This document shows, in pieces, positions 59,079 to 64,000 of a stretch of 64,000 nt of DNA. The notes under the pieces were generated by a model, which was not told where the DNA came from, searched no databases, and worked only from the letters and a program-made list of their open reading frames with translations. Source of the stretch: Spirochaetia bacterium (GTDB lineage: Bacteria; Spirochaetota; Spirochaetia; SZUA-6; Bin103); contig CBDATQ010000002.1 in assembly GCA_965199955.1 (NCBI GenBank), positions 224,001-288,000 on the forward strand. The letters are read 5' to 3'. Numbering within the stretch: position 1 is the first letter of the stretch; each line of letters begins with the position of its first letter. Position numbers and translations under genes: made by a program.

Positions 59079-61141
59079 GCTCCACGGCCACGGACACCTG
59101 CGACCCGGCACAGACCGTGAGGCTGGGCCGGAGCGATTGCGGCCGCTTCGAGAGCGCCGTTCGCAAGGAGTGGCTGGTAACGAACGGCCTCGGCGGGTTC
59201 GCCTCCGGAACCGTGGCGGGACTCAATACGCGCCGCTATCACGGCCTGCTCGTGGCGGCGCTGCGCCCACCGCAGCAGCGCACCCTCGCCGTGGCCAAGA
59301 TCGATACCCTGGCCTGCTACGACGGGACTCGCTATCCCCTCTTCACCAACGAGTTCGGCGCCGGCACCGTCGACCCGCACGGCTACCGCCGCATCGAGTC
59401 GTTCCATCTCGACCACCTGATACCGGTGTGGACCTGGGCGTTGGCCGACGCGCGCCTGGAGCAGCGCATCTGGATGGACCACGGGCGCAACACCGTCCGC
59501 CTGAGCTTCACGCTCGCGCGCGCCGCCGGCACCGTCACGCTGACCGCCACTCCGCTCGTCGCCTGGCGCGACTTTCACGGCCACACGCGTGGTGGTGAGG
59601 TCGCCGCGGATCCGATCGCCGGCGGGGTCGCCGTGCGTGCGGACGCCGGTGCGCCGCCCTGCAGGATCGTCGCCGACCGGGGGGCGTTCCACGCGCATCC
59701 GGAGTGGTACTGGGAATTCAGACACCGCATGGAGACCGAGCGCGGCCTGGACGCAGCCGAGGATCTGTTCTCGCCGGGATCGTTCACGTGCGCGCTCGGG
59801 CCGGGGGAGACGGTGACGTTCTCCTGCTCACTGGAGGATGTCGCCGCGGACGGCGGCCGGGAGTCGCTGGCACGCGAGCGCGCGCGACAGGCCGGTCTGC
59901 TGCGCGCGCTCCCGGCCGAGGAACCGGCGTGGGTCCGCAACCTGGCGCTGACCGCCGACCAGTTCGTGGTGCGGCGCTCGCTCGCGGACGGGGCGGCGGG
60001 AAGCACGATCATCGCCGGCTATCCCTGGTTCGGCGACTGGGGACGCGACACCATGATCGCCCTCCAGGGGCTGACCCTGAGCACCGGCCGCGCCGAGATC
60101 GCCGCCGACATCCTGCGTACCTTTCGGCGCTACCTCGACCGGGGCATGCTCCCCAACCGGTTTCCCGACGAAGTCGATCCCGGCGCGGCGGCGGAGTACA
60201 ACACCGTGGACGCCACACTCTGGTACTTCCATGCCGTCCATCAGTACCTGCAGCACACCGCCGACCTGGCGCTCATCGAAGAGCTGTTTCCCTCGCTGGC
60301 ACAGATCGTCGACCGGCACCGGCGGGGGACGCGCCACGCCATTCGCGTCGACGCGGACGACGGCCTGCTGTACGCCGGTGAGCCGGGGGTCCAACTCACC
60401 TGGATGGACGCCAGGGTGGGCGACTGGGTGGTCACGCCGCGCATCGGCAAGCCGGTCGAGGTCAACGCCCTGTGGCACAACGCCCTGCGCGTCATGGCCG
60501 ACCTGGCCGATCGGCTGGGCGCGGCGGAAGACGGATCGCGTTACCGCGCCGCGGCCGCGCAGGCCGCAGACAGCTTCCGGAGGCGGTTCTGGTACGCTAC
60601 CGGCGGCTACCTCCACGACGTGATCGACGGCCCGGAGGGCGAGCCCGCGGCCGACGGCCGCCGTTGCGACCATCGACTCCGGCCCAATCAGATCTTCGCG
60701 GTATCATTGCCGTTCCCCCTGCTGGAGGAGGCCCAGGCCAAATCCGTGGTCGACGTGTGCGCCCGCCGGCTCTGGGCGTCGTACGGCCTGCGCAGCCTGG
60801 CGCCTGACGATCCGGACTACGTTGGCCGCTACGGCGGCGGTCCGGCCGAACGCGACGCGGGCTACCATCGCGGCACCGTGTGGGGCTGGCTGCTCGGGCC
60901 CTTCGCCACCGCCCACTACCGCGTGTACCGGGACCCGGCGGCGACCCGCGGGATCCTCGCCCCGCTGAAGGATCACCTTGCCGACGCCGGCCTGGGATCC
61001 GTCAGCGAAGTCTTCGACGGCGACCCGCCGCACCTTCCGGGCGGCTGTGTCGCGCAGGCATGGAGCGTGGCCGAGGTGCTGCGCGCCTGGAGGCAACTCC
61101 CGCCGGCCGGACCGGCACCCGCGGTGCGGGCAGCGACGTGA
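59075..61141 (+). CDS. Glycogen debranching enzyme / amylo-alpha-1,6-glucosidase (GH133-like)
   Basis: EWLVTNGLGGFASGT..RRYHGLL, IAGYPWFGDWGRDTMI, LTWMDA, GKPVEVNALW, RPNQ, AQAWSVAE. Confidence 0.93.
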   Translation: MSSTATDTCDPAQTVRLGRSDCGRFESAVRKEWLVTNGLGGFASGTVAGLNTRRYHGLLVAALRPPQQRTLAVAKIDTLACYDGTRYPLFTNEFGAGTVDPHGYRRIESFHLDHLIPVWTWALADARLEQRIWMDHGRNTVRLSFTLARAAGTVTLTATPLVAWRDFHGHTRGGEVAADPIAGGVAVRADAGAPPCRIVADRGAFHAHPEWYWEFRHRMETERGLDAAEDLFSPGSFTCALGPGETVTFSCSLEDVAADGGRESLARERARQAGLLRALPAEEPAWVRNLALTADQFVVRRSLADGAAGSTIIAGYPWFGDWGRDTMIALQGLTLSTGRAEIAADILRTFRRYLDRGMLPNRFPDEVDPGAAAEYNTVDATLWYFHAVHQYLQHTADLALIEELFPSLAQIVDRHRRGTRHAIRVDADDGLLYAGEPGVQLTWMDARVGDWVVTPRIGKPVEVNALWHNALRVMADLADRLGAAEDGSRYRAAAAQAADSFRRRFWYATGGYLHDVIDGPEGEPAADGRRCDHRLRPNQIFAVSLPFPLLEEAQAKSVVDVCARRLWASYGLRSLAPDDPDYVGRYGGGPAERDAGYHRGTVWGWLLGPFATAHYRVYRDPAATRGILAPLKDHLADAGLGSVSEVFDGDPPHLPGGCVAQAWSVAEVLRAWRQLPPAGPAPAVRAAT

Positions 61142-62862
61142 CGCGCCGTTTCATCGCCGGCCTGCTGATTGGCCTGGCCGTCGCCGTGTTGGAAGTGATT
61201 CTGATGGCTCTCGGCCCGACCGCGGTGCTCGTCGGAACTGACGGGAACGCCGGGGGAGCGATGCGGCTGCTCGTGGCAGGTGCGTCGCTGGGCGTTGCCT
61301 TCGCGCTGCTGTTCCGTCCCGCGCCCGGCGGTCACCCGGAGAACGTCATGGGAGGTGTCGTGATGGGAGTGGTGGCGTGGGCGGTCCTTGCCATCAGCCT
61401 CTTCCCCATTCTCAGCGCGGACGCTCCGAGGTGGCGCGTGGGCACGGCGGCCCGCATGGTCCCGGAACTGGTCGCCTACGTGCTGCACGGCAGTCTGACC
61501 GGGTTCCTCTACGGCCTGGTGTGCGAGCGCCTGCGTCTGGCGCCGGTCGAAACGCCCTCGCCGGAACCGGCCGTGAGGACGAACGTCGTCATCGTCGGCG
61601 GTGGTTACGCCGGCGTAAGCGCAGCCAAGTCGCTCGACAAGGCGTTCGCCGACGACCCTCGCGTGGACGTATGGCTGGTCAGCAAGACCAACTATCTCGT
61701 GCATACGCCCATGCTGTCGGAGGTGTCGTCGAGCGCCGTCAGTCCGCAACACATCAGTCCGCCTCTGCGTACCTTCTTTCGACACGTGCATGTGGTACAG
61801 GGCGAGGTCGCGAGCGTCGACTGGGCACGAGGTCGCGTCGACCTGAGTCCCGGCGTACGTTCGCCGGACTCCGGCCTGGCATTCGACCACCTGTTGATCA
61901 CGACGGGATGCGTTCCCAGCTTCTTCGGCAACCGGGACATCGAGGCCAACACGCTCACCTTCAAGTCGTTGCAGGACAGCGTTCGACTCCGCAATCAGAT
62001 CATCGACCGGTTCGAGCGGGCCGACTTCGAGCACGAGCCTGCGACGAAGTGCCGGTTGCTGACGTTCGTGGTCGTCGGGGGTGGCTTTGCCGGCGTCGAG
62101 TTGATCGGCGGCCTCAACGACTTCGGCCGGGGCATGTTGCCCTACTATCCCAACATTGCGCCGGACGACGTGCGGTTCGTGCTGGTCCATCCCCGCGACA
62201 TCATATTGCCCGAGTTGAGTGAGTCCCTGGGGCGGTTCGCCCAGGAAAAGATGGCGTCGCGAGGCGTCGAGTTCATCGCCAACACCAGGGTCACCGGTGC
62301 CGCGCCGGGGATGATCCTCATCGGCGACGAGAGACTCGCTGCCGACACCGTGGTGTGGACGGCGGGCAATCAGCCAAATCCGATCGTGCATGCACTCGGC
62401 GTCGAGCTGACGCGGCGGGGTCAGATTCCGGTCTCGTCCGACCTGCGATCAGTCGAGAACCCGGCCTTGTGGGCGGCGGGCGACTGTGCCCGGATACCCA
62501 TCCCCAACGCCCCCGGCTCCTTCTACCCGCCGACGGCCCAGCACGCCTTTCGCGAAGGGAAGCTCGCGGGCCACAACGTTGCCGCCGCAATCCGCGGCAC
62601 GCCGCTGCAACCGTTCGACTTCAAGACACTGGGCAGCCTGGCCGCGCTGGGGCACCAGTTGGCGGTGGCTGAAGTGCTGGGGCGTCGCTTCTCCGGGTTT
62701 CTCGCATGGATCATGTGGCGGGCCATCTACCTGTCGAAGCTCCCCAACCTGGAGAAGCGATTGCGCGTCCTGCTGGACTGGGTTCTGGATGTGTTCTTCC
62801 CGCCTGACATCGTGCAGACCATGAGCTTCGACGCCGAGTCGGAGCGGGACGTGCGGTCATGA
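61138..62862 (+). CDS. Type II NADH:quinone oxidoreductase-like flavoprotein with N-terminal four-helix membrane domain
   Basis: VVIVGGGYAG, VVVGGGFAGVE, VWTAG, AAGD, PPTAQHA, GSLAALG, AWIMWR.IYL.KLP; about 130 hydrophobic residues at the N-terminus. Confidence 0.88.
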   Translation: MTRRFIAGLLIGLAVAVLEVILMALGPTAVLVGTDGNAGGAMRLLVAGASLGVAFALLFRPAPGGHPENVMGGVVMGVVAWAVLAISLFPILSADAPRWRVGTAARMVPELVAYVLHGSLTGFLYGLVCERLRLAPVETPSPEPAVRTNVVIVGGGYAGVSAAKSLDKAFADDPRVDVWLVSKTNYLVHTPMLSEVSSSAVSPQHISPPLRTFFRHVHVVQGEVASVDWARGRVDLSPGVRSPDSGLAFDHLLITTGCVPSFFGNRDIEANTLTFKSLQDSVRLRNQIIDRFERADFEHEPATKCRLLTFVVVGGGFAGVELIGGLNDFGRGMLPYYPNIAPDDVRFVLVHPRDIILPELSESLGRFAQEKMASRGVEFIANTRVTGAAPGMILIGDERLAADTVVWTAGNQPNPIVHALGVELTRRGQIPVSSDLRSVENPALWAAGDCARIPIPNAPGSFYPPTAQHAFREGKLAGHNVAAAIRGTPLQPFDFKTLGSLAALGHQLAVAEVLGRRFSGFLAWIMWRAIYLSKLPNLEKRLRVLLDWVLDVFFPPDIVQTMSFDAESERDVRS

Positions 62863-64000
62863 CGCGCAATCGTCTGCTGGCCGGCACGATCGCCGGGGTG
62901 CTGGGCGGCAGCGTGTCGGGACTGCTGGCAACGCCAGCCATCGGCTGGCCGATCCACGTGTTGATGAGCGGCGTCCTGGGCCTCCTCTTCGGTCTCGGGT
63001 TCGGCGTGCGGGTGCAAACCGCCGGATCGGGCCTCATGTGGGGTCAGGCGTACGGCATCCTGTGGTGGCTGGCGGGTCCGCTGACGTTGTTGCCCCTCGT
63101 GGATGGGCGCGGTCTGCAATGGACGGTGCAGGCGATACAGGGCAGCTTTCCGCACCTCCTGGCGCACATGGTCGGCTTCGGGGCGGTGCTGGGCCTGGCG
63201 ATGCACGGCCTCGGCCGCCTGCTCCCGTTCATTCCCGACGCCAGGTCGCCGGCGGAGCCGGGAGCTCCCGAGCTGGTGCCGCCGCTCGTGCAGGCGCTCG
63301 TCGTGGGCGGAGTGGGCGGACTGCTCGGCGCATGGGTGTTCCTGTGGGGCATCGAGACAGCGGGTTTCTTTCCCGTCGTCGCCGGCATGGTCGGCACGGG
63401 CTCGCCCACGGCGGGCGGCCTGTTGCACTTCCTCATCGGCTTGGTCATCGCCATGACCTTCGCTCTGCTGTTCCACCGCGACGTGGTCGGCGTCGGCTCT
63501 GCTCTCATCTGGGGCATGGGTTACGGCGTGCTCTGGTGGATTCTCGGCCCGCTGACGCTGCTGCCGCTGTTCACCCACAGCCCCGTGCTCTGGACCGTGG
63601 AAGCGGCGCGGGCGAACTATTCGTCGCTGGTGGCGCATCTCCTTTACGGGGCTGTCGTCGGGTGGGTCTATGCCGTCGTCAATCGCCTGTGGATGATCCT
63701 GTTCGTGGACTCCGATCCGCTCAGCCGCACGCGTGAGGGTGCGGGGGCGCGCAGCGTCCGCGGCGTCCTGATCGGGCAGGCGGGTGGTATTCTGGGCGGG
63801 ATACTCTTCACCGTCGTGATGTACGGCGTCGGCGCGCTGCCCAGCGTCGCCAGCCTGGTCGGCTCGCGCTCGCCCTTTGTCGGCGTGGTGGTGCACTTCG
63901 GGATCTCGATCGTCGTCGGCAGCAGCTTCGGTTTGCTGTTCCAGCGCCATGCATACAGCCCCGGAGCGGGGATGAGTTGGGGACTGTCGTATGGCGTGCT
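62859..64000 (+). CDS. Polytopic membrane protein made of tandem four-helix repeats (partial, runs off the window)
   Basis: Manual translation from ATG 62859 (ATGA overlap): WGQAYGILWWLAGPLTLLPL..LLAHMVGFG; WGMGYGVLWWILGPLTLLPL..LVAHLLYG; third repeat VVHFGIS..WGLSYGV. Confidence 0.8.
   Translation, partial: MTRNRLLAGTIAGVLGGSVSGLLATPAIGWPIHVLMSGVLGLLFGLGFGVRVQTAGSGLMWGQAYGILWWLAGPLTLLPLVDGRGLQWTVQAIQGSFPHLLAHMVGFGAVLGLAMHGLGRLLPFIPDARSPAEPGAPELVPPLVQALVVGGVGGLLGAWVFLWGIETAGFFPVVAGMVGTGSPTAGGLLHFLIGLVIAMTFALLFHRDVVGVGSALIWGMGYGVLWWILGPLTLLPLFTHSPVLWTVEAARANYSSLVAHLLYGAVVGWVYAVVNRLWMILFVDSDPLSRTREGAGARSVRGVLIGQAGGILGGILFTVVMYGVGALPSVASLVGSRSPFVGVVVHFGISIVVGSSFGLLFQRHAYSPGAGMSWGLSYGV

Noticed and set aside
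1..64000. rRNA, tRNA, CRISPR array, prophage or integron
   Set aside because: No such repeats, structural RNA signatures, phage genes or integrase seen by eye; a covariance-model scan would be needed to exclude small ncRNAs.

Overview
High-GC (roughly 70% by eye) bacterial chromosomal segment. Catabolic and transport genes dominate: a Dpp/Opp-type ABC importer split over two convergent units, three Cys-type sulfatases, four intact PhyH-family Fe(II)/2OG dioxygenases plus two fragments, a GH32-like enzyme, a BNR/sialidase-like protein, several beta-propellers, Gfo/Idh/MocA, SDR and MDR oxidoreductases, enolase-superfamily enzymes, an NCS2 permease, murB, a glycogen debranching enzyme and a membrane-domain-fused NDH-2. 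Accessory DNA is interspersed: at least six toxin-antitoxin loci (two intact MazEF-type; ParE, VapC and Doc toxins broken; a truncated DarG with no DarT), an ABC-type ATPase + DUF4276-like pair that is a candidate defence system, an Rpn/YhgA remnant, and two apparently identical inverted IS1634-family elements of 1962 bp. The most striking window-wide pattern is more than a dozen gene remnants, many collapsed by internal deletion with start and end retained. Gene content (PhyH and sulfatase expansion, ankyrin protein, many TA modules, a Sup-like PKS acyltransferase remnant) suggests a host-associated, possibly marine-sponge, symbiont; this is inference only. No rRNA, tRNA or CRISPR array was seen. 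All family assignments are from motif recognition, not database searches.
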